DNA of 64,000 bases from Minisyncoccia bacterium (GCA_049317285.1 JBMOIO010000003.1:25003-89002), one strand, 5' to 3'. Positions 1 through 10,148 are shown, counted from the first letter of the stretch. A program made the numbers and translations. Notes: generated by a model not told the origin, from the letters alone.

Positions 1-300
1 AAAGTATGGAGTCTTGGGGCATCAAAAACATTTTCTGAATTGGTAAAATTGGCTACCGGAAAAAAACTCTCTGCTACTCCTTATGTACAAAATGTTACGC
101 GTTCAATACCGTCTATTTTAAAAATTGCAAAAGAGCGAATCGAAACCCTTTCTAAAAAACCGGTATTTAAAAAACCGATTAGTCTTGATGCAAGTATTTC
201 TATGGTGCACGGCAAGCAGTTGGTTGCGACCAATAAAAAGAGCTTTGAAGACATGGCAGCAACCTATGCCACATGGCTCAAAAAGCAGAAAAAGAAGTAA
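1..300 (+). CDS. hypothetical lysine-rich protein (5' end probably off-window)
   Basis: The frame is open from nt 1 (in-frame ATG at 7-9) to the TAA at 298-300. The C-terminus is basic (KKQKKK). No recognisable motif. Confidence 0.3.
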   Translation, partial: KVWSLGASKTFSELVKLATGKKLSATPYVQNVTRSIPSILKIAKERIETLSKKPVFKKPISLDASISMVHGKQLVATNKKSFEDMAATYATWLKKQKKK

Positions 301-336
301 CTTTATAAAGGCTAGTATTTTTGCTACAGTATTCCC

Positions 337-2106
337 ATGACTTCTTCCGATATTCGCGCTCGATTCCTCGCATTCTTTGAGAAGCGCGGACACGCTATTT
401 TACCCTCAGCTTCGCTTGTCCCTAAAAATGACCCTTCAGTTCTCTTTAATACAGCCGGCATGCAGCCTTTGGTCCCATACTTATTGGGAGAACAGCACCC
501 ACAGGGCACCCGCCTTGCAAGCGCACAAAAGTGCGTGCGTACGGGAGACATTGACGAAGTGGGAGACAACCGCCATCTCACGTTTTTTGAAATGCTCGGT
601 AACTGGTCTTTGGGTGATCCTGCCTCGCCTGACGGCGTAGGACAAGGCGGGTACTTCAAGGAAGATGCTATTAAGTGGAGCTATGAATTTCTCATATCCA
701 AAGAAGAAGGGCTTGGGATTGATCCGTCACGCCTCTATGTGACAGTGTTTGAAGGTGACGAGAATGCACCGCGGGACTTGGAAGCAGTTGAAATATGGAA
801 ACAATACATTCCGGAGCACCGTATTTATTTTCTTCCTGCAAAGAACAACTGGTGGAGCCCAGGCGACAATGGCCCTTGCGGACCAGACAGTGAAATGTTT
901 TATGACATTGCCGGCACTCTTGGAGACATGTCGCATGAGGAATTTGTGACTGCCGACGACCGTGGAGATGTGGTAGAAATTTGGAATGATGTGTTCATGC
1001 AGTACTTGGCAAAGGATGGAAAAGTGATTGGGCAACTCAGTCAAAAAAATGTAGACACAGGAAGCGGGCTTGAGCGCATTGCGATGATTGTGCAAGGGAA
1101 GTCGAATGTGTTTGAGACGGATACATTTGCGCCTGTGATTGATCTTATTATTACTACAGCAACAGTATATGAGGAGCGCAGTGCTCGCATTGTTGCAGAC
1201 CATATTCGAAGCGCAGTTTTTTTGGTTGCAGACGGAGTTATTCCTTCAAATAAAGATCAGGGGTATATCCTTCGTCGTCTTATCCGTCGTGCAGCAGTAC
1301 AGGCGCGAGCACTCGGTCTTACAGACCAAGTTGTTATTGATATAATTGCACTCTTTATTATTTCGTACAAAGATCATTATCCAGAAACTGCAGTACTAAA
1401 TGTTTCAGAAACGATTTTGGCTGAGATTTCAAAATTCAAAAAAACACTTGAATCCGGTTTGAAAGAATTTGAAAAAGGGATAGACGCATTCACACTTGCT
1501 ACTACCTACGGTTTTCCAATAGAGCTCACAATAGAGCTTGCGAAAGAAAAGGAGTGGGAGGTTGATGTGGAAGCGTTCAACGTGCAAATGAAAGCCCACC
1601 AAGAGGTATCGCGTGCAGGGGCAGAGCAGAAGTTCAAAGGCGGGCTTTCTGGTACTACAGAGATGACGACAAAGCTTCACACAGCGCACCACCTGTTGCT
1701 CGCAGCGCTTCAAACAATAGTGAGCCCGGACATTCACCAAAAGGGAAGTAATATCACCGACGAGCGCCTTCGCATCGACTTTAACCTCGACCGAAAACTC
1801 ACCGATGAAGAAAAGCACGCTATTGAAGCGTGGGTAAACAACATCATTGCGCATGACTACAGTGTTGTTCGAAGAGAAATGCCGAAAGCTGATGCAGAGA
1901 GTATTGGGGCGGAGATGGAATTTGGCACCACCTACCCAGATATTGTGAGCGTGTACTCTATCGAAGACAATAATGGCACTGCAGTATCAAAAGAATTCTG
2001 TGGCGGCCCGCATGTTGAACACACCGGAGCCATCGGCACATTCCGTATTCTCAAAGAAGAAGCATCATCTGCCGGCATCCGCCGAATCAAAGCAATACTT
2101 GGATAA
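337..2106 (+). CDS. alaS: alanyl-tRNA synthetase, compact form (catalytic plus editing domains, no C-Ala domain)
   Basis: N-terminal class II AlaRS core (FNTAGMQP, GDNRHLTFFEMLGNWS). Editing-domain motifs HTAHHLL and CGGPHV. Only 589 aa versus about 870 aa typical. Confidence 0.9.
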   Translation: MTSSDIRARFLAFFEKRGHAILPSASLVPKNDPSVLFNTAGMQPLVPYLLGEQHPQGTRLASAQKCVRTGDIDEVGDNRHLTFFEMLGNWSLGDPASPDGVGQGGYFKEDAIKWSYEFLISKEEGLGIDPSRLYVTVFEGDENAPRDLEAVEIWKQYIPEHRIYFLPAKNNWWSPGDNGPCGPDSEMFYDIAGTLGDMSHEEFVTADDRGDVVEIWNDVFMQYLAKDGKVIGQLSQKNVDTGSGLERIAMIVQGKSNVFETDTFAPVIDLIITTATVYEERSARIVADHIRSAVFLVADGVIPSNKDQGYILRRLIRRAAVQARALGLTDQVVIDIIALFIISYKDHYPETAVLNVSETILAEISKFKKTLESGLKEFEKGIDAFTLATTYGFPIELTIELAKEKEWEVDVEAFNVQMKAHQEVSRAGAEQKFKGGLSGTTEMTTKLHTAHHLLLAALQTIVSPDIHQKGSNITDERLRIDFNLDRKLTDEEKHAIEAWVNNIIAHDYSVVRREMPKADAESIGAEMEFGTTYPDIVSVYSIEDNNGTAVSKEFCGGPHVEHTGAIGTFRILKEEASSAGIRRIKAILG

Positions 2107-2176
2107 TTAGTTGTTTGACTTTTTTATAATTTTGTGATATAAAGCGAAAAACACTGAACCTTAAAAATAATAGTAA

Positions 2177-3910
2177 ATGGTAAGAAACTTAAAGATAGTT
2201 TTTTCGACATATCGAAAAATGACTAAGCGGTACCAAGGGTATGCCTTAGCAACACTAGCCTGTTATTCCGGTGCCACTACTACCCAGCGGGTACTGGTAC
2301 CAATGTTTGTTGCAAGCGTGCTTGCCAATATGGTGAGTAATGCAAGTGAAGTATTTACGCCATTCTGGCTTTTTGCCGGAGGGATTATTCTCGCCAACAT
2401 TCTTTTTAGAATCGGAGACTGGTGTATTGTTCAATTCGAATCAAAATCGATTGTTACATTGCGCCAAAATGCTATTGAATCAATCATTGCACAACCTCAA
2501 AGCTTCTTTATGAATAGTTTTTCTGGAGCATTGGTTGCTCGGATGGCTCGATTTGAACGGAGCTTTGAAACAATGTTTGATATTTTGGCCTGGGGATTCC
2601 TCTTCTCGACGGTGCAAGTAATAGGAATATTCATTGTGCTGTCTTTCAAGTCTCTCCTCATGGCAAGCATTGTGCTTGTGTGGGCTGCGCTGTATGTTTT
2701 TATAAGCATACATACTGCCCGATTGAGGGTTGCAATAGATTCTCACGAAGCCGAGCTGAGCTCAAAGCTCACAGGTGTTAGCGCCGATATTATTGGAAAC
2801 GCTTTCACTATTATGCTCTTTGGAAGGCGCAAGGCAGAGATGAAATATTTCAAGCAAGAAAACCAGCAGCAGGGTGCGGCACTGAAGCGTTCATGGATGT
2901 ATAGTAATATACAAAATGGAATTCAGGGCTTCCTTACCGCAGCTCTTGAAGTAGGTGCATTGGGGGCCGCGCTTCTCTTATGGAGAAAGGGGCAATTAAA
3001 TGCTGCGGATGTGGCGCTAGTATATTTCTACATGGGCATCATTTCAAATACTATGTGGGAAGTAGGAAAACAATTCGTGAAATTTTCAAAAGCTACGACA
3101 GATGCGACCGAGATGATTGATATATTCAAATCAACTCCGGAAGTGAATATCTTGGCCGACGATGAAGATTACGATATTACTGATGGCTCTGTTGTTATAA
3201 GCGACTTAACCTTCAGCTACACCGTTGGAAAAAATGTGTTTAGTAACCTTCATCTCACTATTCCTCATGGTCAGCATGTAGGAGTGGTTGGTACTACTGG
3301 TGCGGGCAAGTCCACACTGATTGCCATGCTTATGCGGTTTCGTGACCCTCTGGGTGGCGTAATTGAAATTGGAGGCGTTGATATTGCTTCTATTGAGCAC
3401 GACGCATTGCGCAGGCAGATTGCGATTGTTCCCCAGGATGTGTCATTACTTCACCGTACGATATTTGAAAATATCGGATACGGCGCAAAAGATCCCACAA
3501 TGGAACAAGTGATTGATGCGGCAAAGAAAGCACAGATACACGACACCATAATGAAGTTCGAACACGGATACAACACTGTCGTGGGCGAACGCGGCGTCAA
3601 ACTCTCAGGAGGACAACGTCAAAGAATAGCCATCGCTCGAGCACTCGTAATTGATGCCAAGATAATTATTCTCGACGAAGCCACCAGCTCGCTCGATGCG
3701 ATTACCGAAACGTATATACAGGAAATCCTTCAAACTGAACTACAAGGAAAAACAGTAATTATCATTGCCCATCGTCTCGCGACCGTGCGCGAATGTGACC
3801 GTATCATTGTTTTAGAAAATGGAACCATCAAAGAAGACGGTTCACACTACGCCCTTATGGAGCAAAATGGTTTTTATACTGAATTAGTTAAACATCAATA
3901 TGCTCAATGA
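2177..3910 (+). CDS. ABC transporter, fused permease/ATPase (MsbA-like exporter)
   Basis: Six-TM N-terminal domain. Walker A GTTGAGKST, signature LSGGQRQRIAIARAL, Walker B IIILDEATS. Confidence 0.85.
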   Translation: MVRNLKIVFSTYRKMTKRYQGYALATLACYSGATTTQRVLVPMFVASVLANMVSNASEVFTPFWLFAGGIILANILFRIGDWCIVQFESKSIVTLRQNAIESIIAQPQSFFMNSFSGALVARMARFERSFETMFDILAWGFLFSTVQVIGIFIVLSFKSLLMASIVLVWAALYVFISIHTARLRVAIDSHEAELSSKLTGVSADIIGNAFTIMLFGRRKAEMKYFKQENQQQGAALKRSWMYSNIQNGIQGFLTAALEVGALGAALLLWRKGQLNAADVALVYFYMGIISNTMWEVGKQFVKFSKATTDATEMIDIFKSTPEVNILADDEDYDITDGSVVISDLTFSYTVGKNVFSNLHLTIPHGQHVGVVGTTGAGKSTLIAMLMRFRDPLGGVIEIGGVDIASIEHDALRRQIAIVPQDVSLLHRTIFENIGYGAKDPTMEQVIDAAKKAQIHDTIMKFEHGYNTVVGERGVKLSGGQRQRIAIARALVIDAKIIILDEATSSLDAITETYIQEILQTELQGKTVIIIAHRLATVRECDRIIVLENGTIKEDGSHYALMEQNGFYTELVKHQYAQ

Positions 3911-3950
3911 CAACATCCCTGATTATAGAAATATAGTCAGGGATTTTTAT

Positions 3951-5177
3951 ATGCGAAAAAAAATAATACGCTATACTGTATGTATGTCATCTTCGAAAGT
4001 ACGAAGTATCCCTGTTGCTATTTTTGATATCAGCTCAAGCAGTGTTGGCGGTGCGCACGCACTGATTAAAAAAGCCGCGAATACTGAAATACCATTGACT
4101 GAAAAAGTCGCTCTCCTCGCACAAGCACGCAGTGAGGCTCCTTTGCAGACAGAACTCAATATTGAACGCTTTGTCGCAGAAGCACTGAAAGGATTGGAAA
4201 CGGTTGCGACCGCTGTCCGCAAGGCAGACGTGCACCACCCAGAATATATTCAGATAGTGCTTGCGTCGCCTTGGTATACATCGCAGACTCGCACCATTTC
4301 GTTTAACAAGTCGACACCCTTTCTCTGCACTGAAAAACTTGTGCACAGTCTTGTTGATAAAGAGGTTGAATATATATTAAAAAATGAAACCGACCAATTT
4401 GGAGCGCTCGGGACGGAGTATACAATTGTCGAAAAGCAGCTTTCACTCATAAAGCTCAACGGGTATGTGACCCACGCGCCTTATGGCAAGCGCACTACTT
4501 CCATAGAAGTGTATTTGACGGTCACTGTGGCTCCAAAAAAAGTATTGGACCAGTGTACTGATCTTTTGCGCCGAATGTATGGCACACGCCCTATCGGCAT
4601 CACAACAAGCCCGTATGCAACGTTTGTCAGTATGCGCGCCCGCGCCGCGAGCACGCACGAGAGCGTCATTGTTGATGTTGGAGAAGAGGTGACCGATGTT
4701 GCCTTTGTCAAAGACGAGCTTTTTTTATACCAACATTCGTTCCCGGTCGGCACGTATGAACTGTACCGCGCTTTGGCAACAGAGGGGAACCATGCTCCTT
4801 CTGAAGGAGCAGCAGTGCTTGAAAGCTATGCACTGCAGAAGCTCTCTGGGGGTGCCCAACAGACGGTTGAAAAGGCGCTGGCACTGTTCGCCACTACTTG
4901 GCAGAAGGGGTTAGAGGATGTAATCGACAAGGGACACTATGGCTTTGCGCTCCCGCCAAGCTGGTTTACGGTTGTCGATCAGCATTTTGTACAGTTACTA
5001 CAGCGTATTCTCGCGAATAATCCGTTTCTTGCACACCGATCAGCGACAGCGATGACCTCGACAGTTATTACTGCGGGGCTACTTGAAAAAATAGTGAAGC
5101 CCGCGCCGGAAACAGCGCTCGATGTACCGCTTGCAGTAGGATTGTTGTTTGTCGAAAGCTTTTTATTGCCTGAGTGA
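3951..5177 (+). CDS. actin-like ATPase (PilM/FtsA-like)
   Basis: N-terminal IFDISSSSVGGA and central VIVDVGEEVTDVAFV are actin-fold phosphate-binding motifs. The start was chosen at the first in-frame ATG after the upstream stop. Confidence 0.4.
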   Translation: MRKKIIRYTVCMSSSKVRSIPVAIFDISSSSVGGAHALIKKAANTEIPLTEKVALLAQARSEAPLQTELNIERFVAEALKGLETVATAVRKADVHHPEYIQIVLASPWYTSQTRTISFNKSTPFLCTEKLVHSLVDKEVEYILKNETDQFGALGTEYTIVEKQLSLIKLNGYVTHAPYGKRTTSIEVYLTVTVAPKKVLDQCTDLLRRMYGTRPIGITTSPYATFVSMRARAASTHESVIVDVGEEVTDVAFVKDELFLYQHSFPVGTYELYRALATEGNHAPSEGAAVLESYALQKLSGGAQQTVEKALALFATTWQKGLEDVIDKGHYGFALPPSWFTVVDQHFVQLLQRILANNPFLAHRSATAMTSTVITAGLLEKIVKPAPETALDVPLAVGLLFVESFLLPE

Positions 5178-5194
5178 TGTAATACAATAAGTGC

Positions 5195-6460
5195 ATGAAA
5201 CTCTACGATGTCATTCGCAAAGAAGAACTTGAAAAAGACGGCACTACACTCGAAGAGATAAATACGCCGGAATATCCGGAGGAACTGCAGCGCACCAGGC
5301 ATAGCCACAGACCACGGAGAAAATTTTCATGGCGCTCGCTTGCGGTCATTGCAGGAGCGGTCATTTTTATCGCACTTCTCTATGTTGTCGGCATGAAGCT
5401 CGTTCATGCGCGGGTTGTTGTGACTGAACGGCATATTCCGTTTTCCTTTGACCGCATGCAGCTTGATATGGAGGAAGAGAAAATCGCGGATGCTGACCGC
5501 CTCTCTTTTCAGGCGATGGTAGTGACCACTGACGTTACTCGGCAGATTTATGCTTCTGCACTGAAGCAAAGCAATACCCGCGCATCGGGCAAAGTAGTTC
5601 TTTTTAATGAAAATAGCACCAAGGCGGTGACTATCAAAAGTGGAACGACACTGACGGGGGCAAATGGAAAAAAATATACTACTCAGTCCGCGGTAACAAT
5701 TTCCGGATACACGACGGCCAACAAGGTAAAAAAGGCGGGGACTAGTCCGCAAGTCACTGTGACTGCGGTAGATGTCGGTAGTACCTATAATACAGACGGT
5801 ACAAGCTTTACGGTTGCTGGATATACCAGTAAACAGATTTATGCGAGAAGTACAGGTTCGATCACTGGAGGAGAAGCTGGTATGGCACACGTACTGACAG
5901 AGAGCGACAAGGAGGAGGCCATTCTTTCTCTTCAAGCAGACCTGGCCGAGAAATTAAAGCGCGAGACGCGCGCGGCAATCCCAGCTGAATATATTACCTT
6001 CCCAAACCTCCAGTTCATCACGATTGATCGCGACTCACTCACTATTCAAGGAAGTGCCATCAAGTTTCCCGCAAGCATCAAGGGGACCATGGTGTCCTAC
6101 TTGATCCGCAGAGATTTGCTTGAAAGCGCAATTGCCGCAAAAGTAGTGAACGACCGCACCTATCCAGCGGTTTCAATACCGGCACTTGGGGATATTGATG
6201 TAGAGCCTATTTCCGCTATCCCTACTGATGCAACCAAAGTTCCTGATACGCTGACGATTTCACTTTCAGGTACCGGCACCCTTATTACGAACGTGAATAC
6301 TGAGAAAGTCGCGCAGTCTGTCCTGGGCGTTCCCCGAGGGTCTTTTACGACAGCACTTGCATCGGTAGCTGAAATAGAGGAGGCGCGCTATACACTGTAC
6401 CCGTTTTGGGCACCCTTTTTTCCGAGAAATCAGGAGCGGATAACCGTAGAAGTGAAGTAA
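5195..6460 (+). CDS. bitopic membrane protein with Thr/Ser-rich extracytoplasmic domain (PilN-like partner?)
   Basis: Short cytoplasmic N-terminus, a single TM (AVIAGAVIFIALLYVVG), then about 340 aa rich in T, S and G. Immediately downstream of the actin-like gene. Confidence 0.35.
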   Translation: MKLYDVIRKEELEKDGTTLEEINTPEYPEELQRTRHSHRPRRKFSWRSLAVIAGAVIFIALLYVVGMKLVHARVVVTERHIPFSFDRMQLDMEEEKIADADRLSFQAMVVTTDVTRQIYASALKQSNTRASGKVVLFNENSTKAVTIKSGTTLTGANGKKYTTQSAVTISGYTTANKVKKAGTSPQVTVTAVDVGSTYNTDGTSFTVAGYTSKQIYARSTGSITGGEAGMAHVLTESDKEEAILSLQADLAEKLKRETRAAIPAEYITFPNLQFITIDRDSLTIQGSAIKFPASIKGTMVSYLIRRDLLESAIAAKVVNDRTYPAVSIPALGDIDVEPISAIPTDATKVPDTLTISLSGTGTLITNVNTEKVAQSVLGVPRGSFTTALASVAEIEEARYTLYPFWAPFFPRNQERITVEVK

Positions 6461-6506
6461 TAGTTGACCGTTTTGTAGAATTCTAGTATAGTGTCCCTTG
6501 TAACAC

Positions 6507-6716
6507 ATGCAAACACAAGCAGAGTCAGTTCGGGGCACAATTCAAGAAGCACTTCCTAACACTATGTTTCGAGTGGAGCTTGAGAATGGAACCGTCCTTG
6601 TCGCGTATTTAGCCGGCAAAATGAGACTGCACCGCATCAAAGTACTGGTAGGCGACACTGTCGAAGTGATCATCGACCCGTATGGGGGAAAAGGGCGTAT
6701 TGTCAGGAGAATGTAG
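6507..6716 (+). CDS. infA: translation initiation factor IF-1
   Basis: [25 protein letters not shown]...[20 protein letters not shown] matches the IF-1 S1-like fold consensus. Confidence 0.85.
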   Translation: MQTQAESVRGTIQEALPNTMFRVELENGTVLVAYLAGKMRLHRIKVLVGDTVEVIIDPYGGKGRIVRRM

Positions 6717-6778
6717 ATAGTGTATACTAGGCCGCGACTCGATTTTGCGTCCAAATTTTTTCAATTTTATCATCTTGT

Positions 6779-6889
6779 ATGAAAGTCAAATCAACCGTCA
6801 AAAAAATGTGCGATAAGTGTAAGATTGTAAAGCGCAATCGGCATTTGGTGGTGATCTGCGATAATCCAAAACATAAGCAAAAACAATAA
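6779..6889 (+). CDS. rpmJ: 50S ribosomal protein L36
   Basis: 36-aa [39 protein letters not shown] found by manual translation. It is below the 60-aa cutoff of the ORF track. It sits in the canonical infA-rpmJ-rpsM position. Confidence 0.85.
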   Translation: MKVKSTVKKMCDKCKIVKRNRHLVVICDNPKHKQKQ

Positions 6890-6892
6890 ACC

Positions 6893-7273
6893 ATGCGTAT
6901 CCTCGGAATCAACATCCCTAACGAAAAAAGACTCGACATCGGACTTACTACTCTGTATGGTATTGGACGTGTCACTGCAACAAAAATCCTCCTTGCAAAT
7001 GGTGTCACTCCTGAAACAAAAGGTGCAGACGTTACCCTTGAACAAGAAGCAGCAATCCGTAAGGATGTTGAAGAACGCACTATCGAAGGAAACCTCAAGC
7101 GTGAAATCTCTAGTAATGTAAAGCGCCTCAAGGATATCAAATGCTACCGCGGTACTCGCCACACAAAGCGCCTTCCGGTAAACGGCCAGCGCACTAAGAC
7201 CAACTCTCGTACTGTTCGCGGAAACGTTCGAAACACGATGGGAAGCGGACGTCGTAAGGAAAGTAAGACATAA
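6893..7273 (+). CDS. rpsM: 30S ribosomal protein S13
   Basis: MRILGINIP...LYGIGRVTATKIL. Canonical S13 N-terminus with a basic C-terminal tail. Confidence 0.9.
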   Translation: MRILGINIPNEKRLDIGLTTLYGIGRVTATKILLANGVTPETKGADVTLEQEAAIRKDVEERTIEGNLKREISSNVKRLKDIKCYRGTRHTKRLPVNGQRTKTNSRTVRGNVRNTMGSGRRKESKT

Positions 7274-7284
7274 TCAAGAGTAGT

Positions 7285-7719
7285 ATGGGTAAAAAAAGAA
7301 TTGCAACACAAGAAGGACAGTTGGTAGATGCGAATGCTCGCACTCGCCAAGGCGCGCGTACGCCTAAGAAGAAGGTTACTACCTGTATCCTTGCTATTGA
7401 AGCGACTTTTAATAATACAAAGGCTGTCGTAAGCGACCTAAAGGGGAATGTTCTTTTCTGGTCATCAGCTGGCTCTCTCGGCTTTAAGGGTGCAAAAAAG
7501 GGAACTCCCTTTGCTGCATCAAAAGTAGGGGAAATCCTCTCTGAAAAAGCAACAGTGCTTGGCATCAAAGAATGCCGCGTACTTGTTAAAGGAGTCGGAA
7601 GCGGCCGAGAACCATTGATCCGCGGATTTGTAGGAACAGGGATCGAACTATTGGGCATCCGCGACGAAACACCAGTTCCGCACAACGGTCCAAAGCCTAA
7701 GAAACCTCGAAGAGTTTAA
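7285..7719 (+). CDS. rpsK: 30S ribosomal protein S11
   Basis: ILAIEATFNNT...VLVKGVGSGREPLIRG is the S11 signature. Operon context. Confidence 0.9.
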   Translation: MGKKRIATQEGQLVDANARTRQGARTPKKKVTTCILAIEATFNNTKAVVSDLKGNVLFWSSAGSLGFKGAKKGTPFAASKVGEILSEKATVLGIKECRVLVKGVGSGREPLIRGFVGTGIELLGIRDETPVPHNGPKPKKPRRV

Positions 7720-7724
7720 AATTT

Positions 7725-8336
7725 ATGAATACTATCGCAAAATACAAAATGTGCCGCCGTCTGGGAGCAGGAATGTTCGAAAAATGCCAGACCGCAAAAT
7801 ATGTTACTAGTGCAGACAAAAAAACCCGCACAACAACAAAGGGCAAGCGCCCAAAAGCGCTCAGTGATTACGGTACTCAGTTGATTGAGAAGCAAAAAGT
7901 GCGCTTCTCATACGGTATCAGTGAACGCCAGCTCGGAAACTATGTTGAACATGCAACTCATGTAAAGGGAATGCCAGTAACTGACAAACTCTACGAGCAG
8001 CTTGAAAACCGCCTCGACAATGTCATTTACCGCCTTGGTTTTGCTGGAACCCGCCGTTTTGCGCGCCAGCTTGCAAGCCATGGACACTTTACTGTCAACG
8101 GCAAAAAGTCTACAATCCCGAGTCAGCAGATTCACGTAGGCGATGTTATAGCGGTGCGTGAAGGTTCACGTAAAAGCCCGATTTTCACCGATTTTAGTAC
8201 AAAAGTAAAAGACTACACCTGGCCTGCCTGGCTCAAGCTCACGCCTGAAGCACTCACGGCCGAGGTGGTAGCAAAACCAAAAAACGACGAACAGTTCTTG
8301 CAGCTCGACACCGTTCTTGAGTTCTATAGCCGATAA
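7725..8336 (+). CDS. rpsD: 30S ribosomal protein S4
   Basis: DNVIYRLGFAGTRRFARQLASHGHFTVNGKK is the S4 motif. Confidence 0.9.
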   Translation: MNTIAKYKMCRRLGAGMFEKCQTAKYVTSADKKTRTTTKGKRPKALSDYGTQLIEKQKVRFSYGISERQLGNYVEHATHVKGMPVTDKLYEQLENRLDNVIYRLGFAGTRRFARQLASHGHFTVNGKKSTIPSQQIHVGDVIAVREGSRKSPIFTDFSTKVKDYTWPAWLKLTPEALTAEVVAKPKNDEQFLQLDTVLEFYSR

Positions 8337-8385
8337 TAGAACACACCATTGCAATAATTACAAAATAATTGTATTATATAACACC

Positions 8386-9393
8386 ATGAGCGAACAAACT
8401 ATCCTCCTCCCATCAAAACCAAAAGCAGTACTTGAAGAAGCAAACAAAGGCGTGTTCGAGATCGACGGTCTCGTACCGGGCTACGGCTACACCCTTGGAA
8501 ACTCTCTTCGCCGTATCATTCTTTCTTCTCTTGAAGGAGCTGCAGTGACTGCAGTAAAGATCGATGGTGTTTCTCACGAATTTTCCACAATGGACGGCAT
8601 CAAAGAAGATGTCATCACTATTTTGTTGAACCTCAAGAACATTCGCTTTGGCCTCGCAACTGACGAGCCTGCTACTGTTGTGCTTTCAGCAAAGGGACCA
8701 AAAATGGTAACTGCAGCTGACATCAGTGCAAACGGTGCCGTATCTGTTGCAAACCCCGACCAGTACATTTGTGAAATCACCGGGAAGGTTGGGCTCAACA
8801 TCGAGCTTACTATCGAGCGCGGTCTTGGATTTGTTTCTCGCGATGCACACCACAAGCAAAAGGCTGATATCGGTACTATTTTTCTTGATGCCATTTTCTC
8901 TCCAATCCGTCGCGTGAGCTATGATGTAGAGGAAATGCGCGTAGGCGACAAGACAAACTTTAATCGCCTTCGAATGACTATCGAAACTGATGGCACGCTT
9001 TCACCTCGTGCAGCGCTTGAGTCTTCAGTGCGTACTATGATCGACCAGCTTGCTGCAATCGTGTCAGTAGACAGCGGTGAAGTAATCGCCGCTGTGCAGG
9101 CAAGTGTTGCCGCTAAGGCACCAGTTGCTGAAATGGCGAGTGAAGAAGAATCTGCTCCAGTGGGCAGTGACGAGGACGGCGTTGATGTGACTGATGTGCT
9201 CAAGAACCGCATCGACTCTATCGGACTCTCAACTCGCACACTCAACGCGCTCTCAGCGGCAAATATCCGCACTGTAGGGGGTATTGCGCGCAAGCATGCT
9301 ACAGATCTTTTAGAGATTGACGGTATTGGCGACAAGGGGATTACAGAAATCCGCGAAGCACTTGCAGTCTTTAACTTGTCTTTGAAGGATTAA
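8386..9393 (+). CDS. rpoA: DNA-directed RNA polymerase alpha subunit
   Basis: GYGYTLGNSLRRIILSSLEGAAVT in the N-terminal domain. C-terminal domain LSTRTLNALSAANIRTVGGI. The start is taken at the internal ATG (MSEQTILL), which makes it non-overlapping with rpsD. Confidence 0.9.
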   Translation: MSEQTILLPSKPKAVLEEANKGVFEIDGLVPGYGYTLGNSLRRIILSSLEGAAVTAVKIDGVSHEFSTMDGIKEDVITILLNLKNIRFGLATDEPATVVLSAKGPKMVTAADISANGAVSVANPDQYICEITGKVGLNIELTIERGLGFVSRDAHHKQKADIGTIFLDAIFSPIRRVSYDVEEMRVGDKTNFNRLRMTIETDGTLSPRAALESSVRTMIDQLAAIVSVDSGEVIAAVQASVAAKAPVAEMASEEESAPVGSDEDGVDVTDVLKNRIDSIGLSTRTLNALSAANIRTVGGIARKHATDLLEIDGIGDKGITEIREALAVFNLSLKD

Positions 9394-9428
9394 TACGGTA
9401 TAACATAGACTCAATTTAAATTTTTATC

Positions 9429-9785
9429 ATGCGACACCATAATGCAAACAGAAAATTCGGCCGACCAAAGAACCAGCGTTCAGCTCTTTTGAAGGGCCTT
9501 GCTGCATCTTTGATCCAGCACGGTCGCATTATGACGACTGAAGCAAAGGCAAAGGAACTTCGCCCAGCAGTGGAAAAAATGGTCACCAAGGCAAAGAACC
9601 CGACTCTTGCAAACCGTCGTTTGCTTCTCGGTGGCTTCTACAACAACGAAGCGGTGGCAACAAAGCTTATTGCTGACATTGCACCACGCTTTGCAGGCCG
9701 GGATGGTGGCTACACCCGCATCATAAAGCTCGCGCTTCGCAAAAGCGACGCAAGCCCTATGGCAGTAATCGAATTCGTCCAATAA
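9429..9785 (+). CDS. rplQ: 50S ribosomal protein L17
   Basis: MRHHNANRKFGRPKNQRSALLKGLAASLIQHGRIMTTEAKAKELR is the canonical L17 N-terminus. Confidence 0.9.
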   Translation: MRHHNANRKFGRPKNQRSALLKGLAASLIQHGRIMTTEAKAKELRPAVEKMVTKAKNPTLANRRLLLGGFYNNEAVATKLIADIAPRFAGRDGGYTRIIKLALRKSDASPMAVIEFVQ

Positions 9786-9795
9786 TTTTAATTTT

Positions 9796-10140
9796 ATGAA
9801 CTACACTATCGACGCAACAGGAAAATCACTCGGACGCCTCGCTACAGAAGTAGCAGTGCTTTTGATGGGCAAGAACTCTGTGAACTTCACAAAGAACAAC
9901 CTTTCAGGAAACACGGTTGAAGTAACGAACGCAGGCAAGCTCAAAGTGCCAGGGCAAAAGATGATCGAAAAGACCTACCTTTCTTTCAGTGGCTACCCAG
10001 GTGGTCTCAAAAAGTCTAGTATGGCCCATGTTGTGGAGAAAAAAGGCTACCGTGAGGTAGTGACGCTCGCTGTAAAAGGCATGCTTCCTAACAACAAGCT
10101 TCGCAATGAAATGATGAAGTCTCTCACTGTAACTGATTAA
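9796..10140 (+). CDS. rplM: 50S ribosomal protein L13 (short form)
   Basis: GKSLGRLATEVAVLLMGK...GYPGGLK L13 motifs. Lies upstream of rpsI as in the rplM-rpsI operon. Confidence 0.85.
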   Translation: MNYTIDATGKSLGRLATEVAVLLMGKNSVNFTKNNLSGNTVEVTNAGKLKVPGQKMIEKTYLSFSGYPGGLKKSSMAHVVEKKGYREVVTLAVKGMLPNNKLRNEMMKSLTVTD

Positions 10141-10148
10141 ATTTATAT

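Noticed and set aside
3908-3910. Possible alternative genetic code (UGA recoding, as in some CPR lineages)
   Set aside because: TGA terminates clearly delimited genes, for example the ABC exporter at 3908-3910 and the actin-like gene at 5175-5177. Homology stops at those stops, so the standard code applies.
8317-8385. Upstream alternative start giving rpoA a 23-aa N-terminal extension
   Set aside because: The extension overlaps the rpsD 3' end, and homology to RpoA begins at MSEQTILL (8386).
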